DNA from: Patescibacteria group bacterium
Lineage (GTDB): Bacteria; Patescibacteriota; Patescibacteriia; Patescibacteriales; JBAZCA01
Direction: 5' to 3'
DNA length: 64,000 nucleotides
Assembly (NCBI GenBank): GCA_041671125.1
Contig: JBAZCA010000002.1
Coordinates: forward strand, 42,634-106,633
Shown: piece by piece, positions 46,628 through 57,394 of the stretch
Layout of the letters: every line of letters starts with the position of its first letter
Position numbering within the stretch: the first letter of the stretch is position 1
Program-made: the position numbers and the translations under genes
Notes under the pieces: generated by a model
Told to the model about the DNA's origin: nothing
Database searches by the model: none
What the model saw: the letters and a program-made list of their open reading frames with translations, nothing else

Positions 46628-48508
46628 ATGTGGAAAAAGAAAAAAATTAAAAATGAAAGCGCTATATTGACCGAAGAAGAGCGGGACGAAAATATTGAAG
46701 AGAGCCTGCAGGAAATCTACGCCGACGAAGACGGCAAAGCTGTTGACGTTAAAAAGTTTGACATAAAAAAAAGGCGTGGGCCTTTATTCTGGCTGGCTGT
46801 CTCGCTCGCGTTCGCCGGACTGGCCGGACTCGCGGGCTGGTTTTACCGGGACTATTCTTTTTTTACCGAACCGGGAAAAAGCAATTTTGAAATCACTATT
46901 ACTCCTTCAAAAGAAAAAGTGCTGGCCGGGGAGGAAATCACAGTAGTGATAGGATTTAAAAACATGGAAAAAACAGTCGTGAGCAATCTTGGCGTGCGCG
47001 TGATTTTTCCTGACAATTTTATTATAACTAATACGGTTCCGTCAGCGGAAAAATCTTCAGAAGGGGCGAGAAACCTTTTTTGGAATATCGGAACCCTTGA
47101 CTCAAAAAGAATCGGGGAAGTTTCCGTAAAAGGAAAAATTATCGCCCCGGCGGAAAACCTTTCAACCATCTACGCAGAAGCGGTTTACACTCCGGCTAAT
47201 TTTTCTTCGGAATTCAAAAAGACCGCCACCGCGGAAATTGGGGTGAACGACATTGGAATAAATTTTAATTTTAGTGCCTTTACCAGCGCCGTGGCCGGTG
47301 AAGAAAACGAACTGGCAATAAAATTTTCCGGCGCCAAGGATAACAAACTGGAAAATTTCAGCCTGAAAATGGAAAGTAAAAATGGCGACCTGAAAATTAT
47401 CCCGGTCGACGGAGAAATTCCGGCCTGGCTTAAAAAAAATCCGGCCATCCCGAATGAATGGAAAGTTAGCGAAATAACAGCCGAAGAAAGAGAGTTTCCC
47501 GTTAAGTTTATAATCGGCGGCAAAACCTCCCCGGAAGACGAAATAAAAATTGCAATATCAACCGAATCCGGTGGTGAGGAATTTGGAATTTTTGAAAAAA
47601 CTTTCCCGTTTGAAGTTATAAAAGGCGACCTGGCCTTAAGCATGATAATCAACGGATCAAAAAACGACCAGGGAGTAAATTTCGGCGATACCCTGAATTA
47701 CCTTATCAGCTATTCTAATAAGGGCGATACCGCACTAAAGGATGTGATTATTATGGCGGTTATTGATGGGGACGCGGTTAACTGGAGCGCGCTCGATGAT
47801 CCCTCGGGCGGAAAAAGAAGCGGCAACACTTTAAGCTGGTCAAAAAACGAAATCGCCGAACTGGAAAATATTTTCCCCGGCGCGGAAGGGAATATTGAAT
47901 TCAGCTTAAAAGTGGAAAACCCGTCCGGAGTGAAAAAAAATGAGGAAATAAAAAGCTACGCGCGATACAGTATCGTCGGCCAGGAAGAAGCAAAGGATAA
48001 CATCAGCAATACCATAATAAGCAAGCTAAACAGCCGGCTTGATCTTGAAGAAAAGGTTGTGTATTTTAACGAGGACAATATTGCTGTCGGCTCCGGCCCC
48101 CTGCCTCCGCGCGCCGGCGAAACAACTACTTTCCAGGTAAGCTGGGCGGCTGGCGGGAACATCCATGAATTATCCGGAACGAGCGTTGAGATGAGTTTGC
48201 CCGAGGGCGTCGCCTTTGCCGGAAGGGAAAACGCCAATGTCGGCCAGGTAAGCTTCTTAGCCGCCGAAAATAAAGTTGTCTGGACAATCGGCCGACTGCC
48301 CGTGCTCGGCGAAATGATAACCGCTAGCTTCAACCTCAGCGTTACTCCGACCGACGCGGATCGGGGAAAAATTATGGTTTTGTCCGGCGGATCAAAAGTC
48401 TCGGGTCTGGACTCGGAAACCAATACTTCAGTCCTTAGCATAACCAAGCCAAAAACCACCAAACTTGAAGATGACGAGATAGGCGCTGGCGACGGGGTGG
48501 TGCGATAG
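46628..48508 (+). CDS. membrane-anchored DUF11/CARDB-like repeat surface protein
   Basis: One N-terminal TM, then repeated beta-sandwich-like segments with GDTLNYLISYSNKGDTALKDV. Confidence 0.55.
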   Translation: MWKKKKIKNESAILTEEERDENIEESLQEIYADEDGKAVDVKKFDIKKRRGPLFWLAVSLAFAGLAGLAGWFYRDYSFFTEPGKSNFEITITPSKEKVLAGEEITVVIGFKNMEKTVVSNLGVRVIFPDNFIITNTVPSAEKSSEGARNLFWNIGTLDSKRIGEVSVKGKIIAPAENLSTIYAEAVYTPANFSSEFKKTATAEIGVNDIGINFNFSAFTSAVAGEENELAIKFSGAKDNKLENFSLKMESKNGDLKIIPVDGEIPAWLKKNPAIPNEWKVSEITAEEREFPVKFIIGGKTSPEDEIKIAISTESGGEEFGIFEKTFPFEVIKGDLALSMIINGSKNDQGVNFGDTLNYLISYSNKGDTALKDVIIMAVIDGDAVNWSALDDPSGGKRSGNTLSWSKNEIAELENIFPGAEGNIEFSLKVENPSGVKKNEEIKSYARYSIVGQEEAKDNISNTIISKLNSRLDLEEKVVYFNEDNIAVGSGPLPPRAGETTTFQVSWAAGGNIHELSGTSVEMSLPEGVAFAGRENANVGQVSFLAAENKVVWTIGRLPVLGEMITASFNLSVTPTDADRGKIMVLSGGSKVSGLDSETNTSVLSITKPKTTKLEDDEIGAGDGVVR

Positions 48509-48600
48509 TTATCCCATAACTCATATCTCGTAACTCATAACTCATCGCATAACATCCTTAAAACCGGATTCGTTATGGGTTATGGGTTATGGGTTATGAA
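48509..48600. repeat. palindromic short-tandem-repeat element (ATAACTCAT left, ATGGGTTAT right)
   Basis: The arms pair TAACTCA with TGGGTTA, which needs U·G wobble in the plus-strand RNA. The minus-strand RNA would have C·A mismatches at those positions. Confidence 0.6.
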
Positions 48601-49761
48601 TTAAAAAAAATAGATAAACACGGTGTCCGGCACGGAACAATAAAAACAGTACACGGTTCCATAGAAACTCCCACCTTCCTCCCCGACGCCACCCGGGGAT
48701 TTATAAAAACTTTATCCAACGAAGACCTTGCGCAGTCAGGAGTGTCGGCTATGGTTGTTAATACCTACCATTTGTTTTTAAGGCCGGGAACCGATATAAT
48801 AAAGAAAGTGAAAGGCATCCATGGTTTTATGGGCTGGGATCGGCCGCTTGTTTCCGACAGCGGCGGATTCCAAATTTTTTCCCTCATAAGGAATACCACC
48901 CGTAAAAACGGAAAAAAGCCTTTGGGCGAAATACACGAAGAAGGGGTTTATTTTAAATCCCCGATTGACGGGTCGGAACAATTTTTAAGCCCGGAAAAAT
49001 CCATTAAAATCCAGTTTGACCTCGGAACCGACATAATTATTGCCTTGGACGACTGCCCGCCGAACCATTCCAGTCAGCCCGAGTTAAAGAAATCCATTGA
49101 GCGGACTATAAGATGGGGTGAACGCTGTTTTAGCGAATACCATCGGCAAATCAAAAAAAGAAAAATTCAGAAAAATAAAAGGCCACTCATATTATCGGTT
49201 ATTCACGGAGGGGAACATAAGGACTTAAGAAAAGCCTGTTTTCTCGGACTTTATGAAGCGGCTAAAAAAAATAAAAATAATATTACGAGCGATTGGGACG
49301 GCTATGGTTTCGGCGCCCGGCCGGTTGACGCCAAGGGCAGGTTTTTAAAAGAAGTATTAAAATCAACCGCCGATCTTATCCCTAAAAATAAAATTCGGTT
49401 CGCGCTCGGCATCGGTTCGCCCCGCGATATTTTCCTTTGCGCCAGGATGGGCTGGGACGTTTTTGACTGCGTCATCCCGACCCGCGAGGGCCGCCACGGA
49501 AAGTTATACCTGAAAAAAGGCGGGCGTTTGATTAAAGGAGGACAAATATATTATAATACCATTAACATCGGATCATCAAAATTCGCGAAATCGCTTAAGC
49601 CGGTTAACGCCGGATCCGGGCTGGAAATACTGGAGTATTCCAGCCAATCGTACTTAAACCATCTTTTTAAATCAGGGGAAGCGCTCGGAGCGAAAATCGC
49701 CAGCATGAATAATTTAAAATTCTATTCGGTTTTGATGGATGAAATAAGGGGAGCAGGATGA
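48589..49761 (+). CDS. tgt: queuine/guanine tRNA-ribosyltransferase
   Basis: VNTYHLFLRPG and LVSDSGGFQ catalytic motifs of the TGT (beta/alpha)8 barrel. Confidence 0.85.
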   Translation: MGYELKKIDKHGVRHGTIKTVHGSIETPTFLPDATRGFIKTLSNEDLAQSGVSAMVVNTYHLFLRPGTDIIKKVKGIHGFMGWDRPLVSDSGGFQIFSLIRNTTRKNGKKPLGEIHEEGVYFKSPIDGSEQFLSPEKSIKIQFDLGTDIIIALDDCPPNHSSQPELKKSIERTIRWGERCFSEYHRQIKKRKIQKNKRPLILSVIHGGEHKDLRKACFLGLYEAAKKNKNNITSDWDGYGFGARPVDAKGRFLKEVLKSTADLIPKNKIRFALGIGSPRDIFLCARMGWDVFDCVIPTREGRHGKLYLKKGGRLIKGGQIYYNTINIGSSKFAKSLKPVNAGSGLEILEYSSQSYLNHLFKSGEALGAKIASMNNLKFYSVLMDEIRGAG

Positions 49762-49922
49762 CGCGTTTACCGGGCGGCGGATGGGCCAAAAATAATAGCC
49801 TGACTGAACGTAAAATGATTTTATTAAAATAATTAATACTAAGCTAAAAGCGCCTGACAGAAAATATTTATGATACGGCCTTAAGCAGCTAAAGTCATAA
49901 ACATGACAGGAGTAAAATAATT

Positions 49923-52391
49923 ATGGCGAACATTTTCAAGGCAAAAGAAAAATCCGGAGCCGTTTCAACGGAAAGCAAAAGCAAAGCGATTGACTTTATA
50001 ATTTTCTCCACTATCGGGCTGATTTTTTTTCTCTGCCCTATTTTTTTTACCGGCCTTGTTTCCCAAGGGCTCGGTTTTGAAAAAATGATGCTTTTTTATT
50101 TTCTCGTTTTGATCGGGGTTGTTGCCTGGGTTACTAAGGGCGTTATTACCGGGGAACTAAAAATAAAACGCACGCCGCTTGATTGGCCGGTTTTAGGCGC
50201 TTTGGCAATAATCGCGGTATCAACCTTTTTTTCCGTCAGCAAAAAAGATTCGCTAATCGGGACTTACGGCGACCCATCAAAAAGCCTTCTCGCGGCGGCC
50301 GCGTTCGTGCTTTTTTATTATCTTCTGGTGAATAACATTACCACTGAACGGATAAAAAAGTTGTTTTCGCTTTTTTTGGCCTCATCGGCGCTAGTAATTA
50401 TCTTCTCCCTTTTACAACTCTTCGGCGTTTTTATCCTTCCTCTCGCCATAACAAAATCCAACGCTTTTAATCCGTTCGGGTCGCTTACCGGATTGACTAT
50501 GTTTCTCGTGATAATTATCCCTATGCTGGTCGTCGCTATCAGCCAGGCCGATAAAATTTATACCAGCCTGAAACAAATCGGACTTTACGCCTTAAAAGCG
50601 GTACTCGGAGCTGTTCTCCTCGCCGACATCGTAACCTTATTCCTTTTAAACGGATTTACTTACTGGCCGGTGGCGATCGTTTCAATTGTTATCGTATTAA
50701 TGTTCCTTCTCTCTAAAGTCGTACCAATCGGAAGCGGCAGCCTAATTGTCCCAGTTTCGGTTTTCCTTCTGCTTATCATTTTCTTAGTGCTCGGAAATTT
50801 TAATCTTGTAAACTTAAAGCTTCCGGCTGAAGTGAGCCTTTCCCGGAGCGCTTCGTTTGATATTGCGAAAGAAAGCGTCAAAAAATTTATCTTCCTCGGT
50901 TCGGGACCCGGAACTTTTTATTATAGTTTTTCAAGGTTTAAAGGCCACGATTTTAACGCCTCGCCGCTTTGGAACGCGCGCTTTGATTCATCCACCGGAG
51001 TTTTCTTTGAGCTGGCTTCCACGATCGGGATTATTGGCGCGCTTTCCGCGGTTGCCATAGCCCTAATCGCGATTTCCCTGCAGTTTATTGCTTTGTTAAA
51101 AGCCGATAAAAAGGAGGATTCCCATATCCTTCTTGCCGGATTGGCTTCATTTATAGCGATTATTATTTATTCACTTTTATTTTCCTTAAACCCGTCGCTT
51201 GTCGTTGTAATAATGATTATTTCCACTTTTGGCGTCGTAACCGCCATCCACGTTTATCCGGAAAAATTTAAGAACCTTACGCTTTCTTTCCGGGCTTCAC
51301 CAAAATACGCCCTGGCGCTAGCCGCGGTTTTTCTTACTGTTACCGCCGGCGTGGCTGTTCTCTTTACCATGGGCGCTAAAATCTATATGGCCGATTATTA
51401 CGCCCGTAAAGCTGAAAAGACTGAATCCATTGAAGAAAAAATCAATAATCTTAACAAAGCTGTAGCGCTTTCGCCGTATCAGGACGTTTATTACCTGACC
51501 CTGGCCAACCAATATATGGCGCTCGCCAACCAGGAAGCCGTGGCCGAAACAAAAGACCAGAATAAAATTCAGAATTACCTTTCGCTCGCGGTTACGGCCG
51601 GAAAACAGGCAACGACAATCAACCCAAACCAGGCGGCGGGGAATGAATCCCTGGCGCTGATTTATGAAAACGCGAGTTTTTATACCCGGGGTGCGTTGGA
51701 ATGGGCGGAAAACTTATACAACAAAGTTTCCGAGCTGGAACCGGATAATCCGGTTCCGCACCTCCGGATCGCTTTAATCAACATGGCCCGCTCCAACGCC
51801 GAAACCGATAAGGCTGAGAAGGAATTTTATGTCAACGAAGCCATAAAAAAATACGATGAAGCCATAGCCAAGAAAAACGATTTTGCCGCCGCTTTTTATG
51901 GTAAAGGCATTGCCTACGAATCATTAGGAAAAAGTAATGAGGCGGTTGAACAGCTAAAAAACGCAGTAGTTTTCGCCGGAAATAATGCTGATTATCAATT
52001 TGAACTCGGACGCATGTATTTTAATCGCGGAGTGACTGATCCGAATATTTCCCAAAACGCTTCTAAAGAGATTGCCGAAGCTGAAGTTGAGAATCCGGAA
52101 AACGCGGAAGCCTCCGGAGAGGAGGCCGGAGAAAATTTAAGCGTTGAATCCGCGCCCGCCAACACCGGATCAGCAAAGAAAAACGAGGATATTGCGAATG
52201 CGGAAAATATGTTCTTAAACATACTGCAAGCCAACCCGAACCACGCCAACGCCCTTTACAGCCTCGGCCTGCTTTATCAGAAAGTGGGGGAGACGGAAAA
52301 CGCGAAAATCGCGGTTAAAAGGCTTTTGGAAGTCGTTACCGACGAACCGACCAGGGAAGCGGTAAAAAAACAGTTTCCGGGGTTATACTAA
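49923..52391 (+). CDS. O-antigen ligase-like polytopic membrane protein with a C-terminal TPR domain
   Basis: About 12 TM segments including a Wzy_C-like region, then roughly 330 aa of TPR repeats. Confidence 0.65.
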   Translation: MANIFKAKEKSGAVSTESKSKAIDFIIFSTIGLIFFLCPIFFTGLVSQGLGFEKMMLFYFLVLIGVVAWVTKGVITGELKIKRTPLDWPVLGALAIIAVSTFFSVSKKDSLIGTYGDPSKSLLAAAAFVLFYYLLVNNITTERIKKLFSLFLASSALVIIFSLLQLFGVFILPLAITKSNAFNPFGSLTGLTMFLVIIIPMLVVAISQADKIYTSLKQIGLYALKAVLGAVLLADIVTLFLLNGFTYWPVAIVSIVIVLMFLLSKVVPIGSGSLIVPVSVFLLLIIFLVLGNFNLVNLKLPAEVSLSRSASFDIAKESVKKFIFLGSGPGTFYYSFSRFKGHDFNASPLWNARFDSSTGVFFELASTIGIIGALSAVAIALIAISLQFIALLKADKKEDSHILLAGLASFIAIIIYSLLFSLNPSLVVVIMIISTFGVVTAIHVYPEKFKNLTLSFRASPKYALALAAVFLTVTAGVAVLFTMGAKIYMADYYARKAEKTESIEEKINNLNKAVALSPYQDVYYLTLANQYMALANQEAVAETKDQNKIQNYLSLAVTAGKQATTINPNQAAGNESLALIYENASFYTRGALEWAENLYNKVSELEPDNPVPHLRIALINMARSNAETDKAEKEFYVNEAIKKYDEAIAKKNDFAAAFYGKGIAYESLGKSNEAVEQLKNAVVFAGNNADYQFELGRMYFNRGVTDPNISQNASKEIAEAEVENPENAEASGEEAGENLSVESAPANTGSAKKNEDIANAENMFLNILQANPNHANALYSLGLLYQKVGETENAKIAVKRLLEVVTDEPTREAVKKQFPGLY

Positions 52392-52416
52392 TAATAGATA
52401 ATGAAATTCATAACCA

Positions 52417-52450
52417 TAAAACCCCGCTTCCAGTCAGAGGCGGGGTTTTA
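52417..52450 (+). terminator. rho-independent terminator
   Basis: AAAACCCCGC ttccagtcagag GCGGGGTTTTATT. Confidence 0.7.
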
Positions 52451-52485
52451 TTGTAAAAATAAAATAAATGCTGTAAAATAAGGTA

Positions 52486-53901
52486 ATGCTAAATCTCTAT
52501 AATACCCTAACCCGTAAAAAAGAAAAATTTAAGCCGATAAAACGCGGTTCGGTTAGGATGTACGCCTGCGGGCCGACCGTTTATAATTACGCGCACTTAG
52601 GTAATTTAAGGACCTATATTTTTGAGGATATTTTAAAGCGCGTTCTTTTATATAACGGCTTTAAAGTTAAACATGTGATGAATATTACCGACGTCGGGCA
52701 CTTAACCGGCGACCGGGACATGGGAGAAGATAAAATTGAAGCCGGAGCCAAAAGGGAAGGCAAAAGCGCCTGGGAAATAGCCGACTTTTATACCCGGGCT
52801 TTTAAGGCTGACATAAAAAAACTTAATATTCTTGATCCTGGCATATTATGCAAAGCGACAGACCATATAAACGAACAGATCAAAATGATAAGCGTACTGG
52901 AAAAGAAGGGCTACGCGTATAAAATAAGCGACGGAATATATTTTGACACGCAAAAATTTTCCAGCTACACTAAGCTTTCGCGAAAAAATCTTAGTAGCTT
53001 AAAAGAAGGCGCCCGGGTGGAAAAAAATAGCGAAAAAAGGAACGCGACTGATTTTGCCTTATGGAAATTCAGCCCGGCCGGCGTAAAGAGGCAGATGGAA
53101 TGGGATTCGCCCTGGGGCAAGGGCTTTCCCGGCTGGCATATTGAGTGTTCGGCCATGGGCGCTAAGTATCTCGGCGACCAGTTTGACATCCACTGCGGAG
53201 GCATTGACCACATTGATGTCCACCACACCAACGAAATCGCCCAGACCGAAGTGGCGACCGGCAAAAGCCCCTGGGTTAGGTTCTTTATGCATGGCGCGTT
53301 CTTAAACATCAGCGGCGGGAAAAAAATGGCTAAAAGCGGGGATAACTTTTTAACCCTGGAAAACGCGATTATTAAAAAAAATCTCAACCCTCTAGCCTTT
53401 CGTTTTGCCGCCCTCGGCACCCACTACCGGAAGCCGATGGAATATTCCGATGAGTCAATGGTTAGCGCCCAAAACGGGTTAAACCATCTTTACAACCAGG
53501 TGAAGGAAGTGAGCGCCGGAAAACCAGGGACAAAAAAAATATTAGCCTCTAAAAAATTTATCAGCAAAGAATTTAAGGAAAAGTTTCTCGCGGCCGTAAA
53601 CGACGACCTGAATACGCCCAAAGCTCTGGCCGTGGCGCAGGATTTATTAAAGTCAAAACTCACTGATAAAGAAAAATTTTCTACAATCCTGGATTTTGAC
53701 TGCGTCTTCGGCCTGGGTTTTAAAAAAACGACCGGCAATAAAGACGCTATTCCGGCGGAAGTTAAAAAACTGGCCGACGAAAGGGAAACGGCGCGGGAAC
53801 TAAAAGACTGGAAAAAATCGGACGAACTGCGGGCCAGGATAAACGCTTCAGGGTATTTAATAGAGGATACGGAGCAGGGTGTGAGAATTAGAAAAATGTA
53901 A
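52486..53901 (+). CDS. cysS: cysteine--tRNA ligase
   Basis: HLGNLRTY (HIGH-like) and KMAKSG (KMSKS) motifs with Zn-site Cys. Confidence 0.95.
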   Translation: MLNLYNTLTRKKEKFKPIKRGSVRMYACGPTVYNYAHLGNLRTYIFEDILKRVLLYNGFKVKHVMNITDVGHLTGDRDMGEDKIEAGAKREGKSAWEIADFYTRAFKADIKKLNILDPGILCKATDHINEQIKMISVLEKKGYAYKISDGIYFDTQKFSSYTKLSRKNLSSLKEGARVEKNSEKRNATDFALWKFSPAGVKRQMEWDSPWGKGFPGWHIECSAMGAKYLGDQFDIHCGGIDHIDVHHTNEIAQTEVATGKSPWVRFFMHGAFLNISGGKKMAKSGDNFLTLENAIIKKNLNPLAFRFAALGTHYRKPMEYSDESMVSAQNGLNHLYNQVKEVSAGKPGTKKILASKKFISKEFKEKFLAAVNDDLNTPKALAVAQDLLKSKLTDKEKFSTILDFDCVFGLGFKKTTGNKDAIPAEVKKLADERETARELKDWKKSDELRARINASGYLIEDTEQGVRIRKM

Positions 53902-53904
53902 AAA

Positions 53905-53995
53905 CTTGAATCATGAATAACGAATTATGAATTATGAATTACGGTAATTGGTAACATTAAAGTTCCGTTATTTATAATTCATTAATTTTTATTAT
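53905..53995. repeat. palindromic short-tandem-repeat element (GAATTATGAATTA units)
   Basis: TGAATAACGAATTATGAATTATGAATTACGG ... CCGTTATTTATAATTCATTAATT. Confidence 0.5.
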
Positions 53996-53999
53996 TTCT

Positions 54000-55484
54000 A
54001 TGAAAAAATCCATTATCATCGCCGGAGCGCTGGCCTTGTTAATCACCGCTTCAGCCGCCGGAGCGATTTACTTAAAAAAATCCGGGAACGGACTCGCGGT
54101 TTTCGGCAAGAAACAAATTTTTCTGAAAGCCAGTTTCGCCAAAGTTTCGGATAAAGCTTTTAATCTTTCGGGTATCCAATCCGGCCAGGCGGGAAATGAC
54201 GCCAACGCCGCTAATTCGTCCGGCCGCGCGCTTGCGGCTCCATCAGCATCCGGCGCGGTTAAAAACGAATCCGCCATCCGGCCAACCCAGGCTACAGGCA
54301 TGGACTCCGGAAGTTCATCAACCGGACTAGGTATGTACGATAAAACCGATATTGCCTGCGTTGAAGGCTCCGAAGGATGCTATAACCCCATGCCCGCGCG
54401 CTATAAATACGTTTACAGGGGCGAAAAAATAAATCTCCCGGATTCTCGCCTGCCGGTCTTTAAAAGAATAAAAGGCTTTGGCAAAGATGTTAACGCCTCC
54501 GACATTTTAGGAAATTTCGGCGTTGACGGCATAAACATCGGTAAATTCGGCGCGGCCAAGGCTGATAATCTAAGCCTTACCGAACAAAAGGAATTTGGTT
54601 ACAGCCTGAATATCAATTTTACTGAAGGTAATTTTTCCATTAACCAAAACTGGAACACCTGGCCCCATCCGGAAAACCAATGCAAAGACGAGAGCTGTTA
54701 TCAGTCGCTCCAAATTAAAGAATCCGACATGTTAAGCGATAATGAGGCAATAGACATTGCTAATCGGTTCCTAAATGAATACGGGATCAGCGCCGTCGGC
54801 TACGGTCCGGCTGAAGTTATGAATGACTGGAAAAGATGGTACGCCGCGGCGGACGACAAAGCTAATTATTATTTCCCGGATACAATAAGCGTCCTTTATC
54901 CTTTAATGCTTGATGATAAACCGGTTTATGATGAAGGCGGAGCTAAAGCCGGGATAAATGTCTCCATAAATGTCCGGGAGAAGAAGGTCAGCGGCGTCTG
55001 GAACCTGAATTCCCAAAATTACCAGTCTTCGCTTTATGATATTGAAACTGACTGGGATAAAATCCTGGAAACGGCGAAAAATGGTTCCGGCTATTATCCC
55101 TATCCGATGGCGGTAAAATCCTCAGCTGTTAGCGCCAGCGGGACCGGGATGGATGGAATAGCGGAGGAAAATGCCGATAATAATCAGCCTGACAATCCGC
55201 CAGCGGGAGGAATTACGCTGGAAGAATACGAAAAAGTTAGGGAAAAAGTAAAAGAAATAGAGCTTGATACCCCGGTTATAGGTCTCGTTAGGATGTGGAT
55301 TTATGAAAGTAACAATAGCGACGAGCTGCTCTCGCCAGCCGTAATATTTCCTGTTAAAAAAAGCGACGAAAATGTCTGGCAGAATTATATTATTGTCCCG
55401 CTGGTAAAGGAAATAATTGAAAAGCAAAACGGCGGTTTTGGCGGCGGCCCGGTGAGGATTATGGAAAGCGCGCCTGTAAAATAA
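54000..55484 (+). CDS. secreted hypothetical protein
   Basis: Signal peptide. No recognised domain. Confidence 0.5.
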   Translation: MKKSIIIAGALALLITASAAGAIYLKKSGNGLAVFGKKQIFLKASFAKVSDKAFNLSGIQSGQAGNDANAANSSGRALAAPSASGAVKNESAIRPTQATGMDSGSSSTGLGMYDKTDIACVEGSEGCYNPMPARYKYVYRGEKINLPDSRLPVFKRIKGFGKDVNASDILGNFGVDGINIGKFGAAKADNLSLTEQKEFGYSLNINFTEGNFSINQNWNTWPHPENQCKDESCYQSLQIKESDMLSDNEAIDIANRFLNEYGISAVGYGPAEVMNDWKRWYAAADDKANYYFPDTISVLYPLMLDDKPVYDEGGAKAGINVSINVREKKVSGVWNLNSQNYQSSLYDIETDWDKILETAKNGSGYYPYPMAVKSSAVSASGTGMDGIAEENADNNQPDNPPAGGITLEEYEKVREKVKEIELDTPVIGLVRMWIYESNNSDELLSPAVIFPVKKSDENVWQNYIIVPLVKEIIEKQNGGFGGGPVRIMESAPVK

Positions 55485-55562
55485 GGCGCTCCGGGCGCTC
55501 TTGTCCGCGGCCGGACAAAGAGGTATAATTATGATTACCTTTATATTTAACTCAAAGGAGGC

Positions 55563-55889
55563 ATGACAAACCAACAAACAGCGCCGGAATTAACTCCGGA
55601 ACAAGAAAATGAGCCAGTAACCAAAGGCTATTTAAGGCAGGAGCTTGATCAACGATTTGGCGAGTTCGGCAAAAAGATGTTTGACACTTTCGCCACCAAG
55701 AAAGAGTTTAACGAATTAAAAATCAAAGTGGACGGCATTGATAAAAAAATTGATGGTCTGATCACGACCCTTGACATAGACACAAGGTTCTATAAAAACC
55801 ATCTAGAAGAACATGCCATGCACCAGGCCGCCCATGACCGGATTAACGAAAGAATTACTAAGCTGGAAAGCAATCCGGTTGTCGCGTAA
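55563..55889 (+). CDS. hypothetical coiled-coil protein
   Basis: Preceded by a TATAAT and AAAGGAGG RBS. Confidence 0.45.
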   Translation: MTNQQTAPELTPEQENEPVTKGYLRQELDQRFGEFGKKMFDTFATKKEFNELKIKVDGIDKKIDGLITTLDIDTRFYKNHLEEHAMHQAAHDRINERITKLESNPVVA

Positions 55890-55917
55890 TTGCCAACCTA
55901 TAGAGACTAAATTTAAA

Positions 55918-55946
55918 GCCCGTCGTACTCCATAGACGGGCTTTTC
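55918..55946 (+). terminator. rho-independent terminator
   Basis: GCCCGTC gtactccata GACGGGC TTTT. Confidence 0.6.
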
Positions 55947-55958
55947 GGACGGGCCATG

Positions 55959-56150
55959 TTACTGGCTCCGTCGTTGTTTGTTGCCTACCCGGCTCAAAAA
56001 ATCTTTCCGGAAATCCGGATGAGCCGGGTCATGCGAACACCTCTCGACGCAGTTTTCAAAACTGCTGTCGGGGCATTCGCAACACCAAATCAACCCGGGA
56101 GCGAGGTCAAAGACCTCCTCCCGGCTCAATTGTTTCTTCTTCTCTTCCAT
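55959..56150 (-). CDS. small Cys/His-rich protein (63 aa), possible Zn-binding
   Basis: Strong SD AAAGGAG 5 nt before the ATG. Cys cluster CCECPDSSFENCVERCSHDPAHPD. Confidence 0.4.
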   Translation of the reverse strand: MEEKKKQLSREEVFDLAPGLIWCCECPDSSFENCVERCSHDPAHPDFRKDFLSRVGNKQRRSQ

Positions 56151-56329
56151 TTTTACTCCTTTCCACCCGGTGGAAGAGTCCGGATTTTGTTAGAGAACAT
56201 TGTTACTTTTATTGTAGAACTAAAAACCAAAAAAAACAAGCCCCGGCCGTAAAGCAGGACCTTAGAATTAAAATGTTGAAATTTATAAACAAAATTTTGA
56301 AATTTGGAATTTGTTATTTGGAATTTAAC

Positions 56330-57313
56330 TTACAGCCACTTCTTCCTCTCAAAAAAGAGGAGCATGCCGAGGGTAATTATAAACATGCCGCTTAAAACGA
56401 TAAAAAAGCCCTGGGGATGGCCGGAGAACGGCATGCCTTTGACGTCCATGCTGAAAAGGGTGGCGAAAAGGGTGAGCGGGAAAACGATCACCGAGAAAAT
56501 CGTCAGGGTTTTCATAATATCCGAAAGCCGGTAATTCATAAGCGATTCATAAGTTGAATTGTAAACGTCAATCATTTCTTTCTGGTTTTCCAGGATCTCC
56601 CAGACGCGGATGGAATCGTCAACCAGTTTTTTATAGCGCGACCGGATCTTTTCCGGCGGTACGATCCGCGATTTCATTTCCATGAGTTTTTTTAAAATAT
56701 TTTTATGGTTTTGCATGATTTTCCGGAAGCTTAAAACATTCCTCCTAAGATGGAGGATTCGCGAGATGGATTCGCGTTCAAGGCGGCCGAAAATTATTTC
56801 TTCAATATTATTTATTTCCAGCCCGGACTTATCCAATAGAGGAAAACAGCCGGCCATGAGCCGGTCAAGGATTTCGTAGAGGAGGATGGCTGACGATTCG
56901 TACTTAAAAGTAAGGGTGGAATCCCCATCTTTTTTACAGAGATTAAAAAAGTCGTTTAAGGGCTGGAGGTTGTTATTATGGATAGTAACGATAAAACCGT
57001 GGCCGATAAAGAATTCAATTTCGCCGGGAATAATCGTATCGTAGATAATCGCGGGAAAATGAAGAATTAAAAAAAGATAGCCCGCCTGTCGTCCGGACAG
57101 ACCGTCGCCGGTTTCAATGGCCGGGCGCAAGCTCTGTTTATGGGCGAGGGAAGACCTAAGATGTGAAAGGTCAAATTTATATTTTTTCCGGAGGTATTCA
57201 ACCTCATCTTTTCCCGCGTTAGTAATATTAATCCAGCAGACCTTTTCGTTTTTGGTCTTCGGGTTGTCAATCTCCACCTGGCAGATTTTTGGGGTGAGTT
57301 GTTTGAAACGCAT
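56330..57313 (-). CDS. CorA-family divalent cation transporter with an atypical SMD signature in place of GMN
   Basis: CorA architecture with 2 C-terminal TM segments. The FSMDVKGMPF region aligns to YGMNFxxMPEL. Confidence 0.7.
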   Translation of the reverse strand: MRFKQLTPKICQVEIDNPKTKNEKVCWINITNAGKDEVEYLRKKYKFDLSHLRSSLAHKQSLRPAIETGDGLSGRQAGYLFLILHFPAIIYDTIIPGEIEFFIGHGFIVTIHNNNLQPLNDFFNLCKKDGDSTLTFKYESSAILLYEILDRLMAGCFPLLDKSGLEINNIEEIIFGRLERESISRILHLRRNVLSFRKIMQNHKNILKKLMEMKSRIVPPEKIRSRYKKLVDDSIRVWEILENQKEMIDVYNSTYESLMNYRLSDIMKTLTIFSVIVFPLTLFATLFSMDVKGMPFSGHPQGFFIVLSGMFIITLGMLLFFERKKWL

Positions 57314-57394
57314 GAGATTATTAGGTTCGGATAAAATAATTATAGCATAAAAAAATAATTCAACAAAATTGCCAAACTATGCTATAATATTTTT

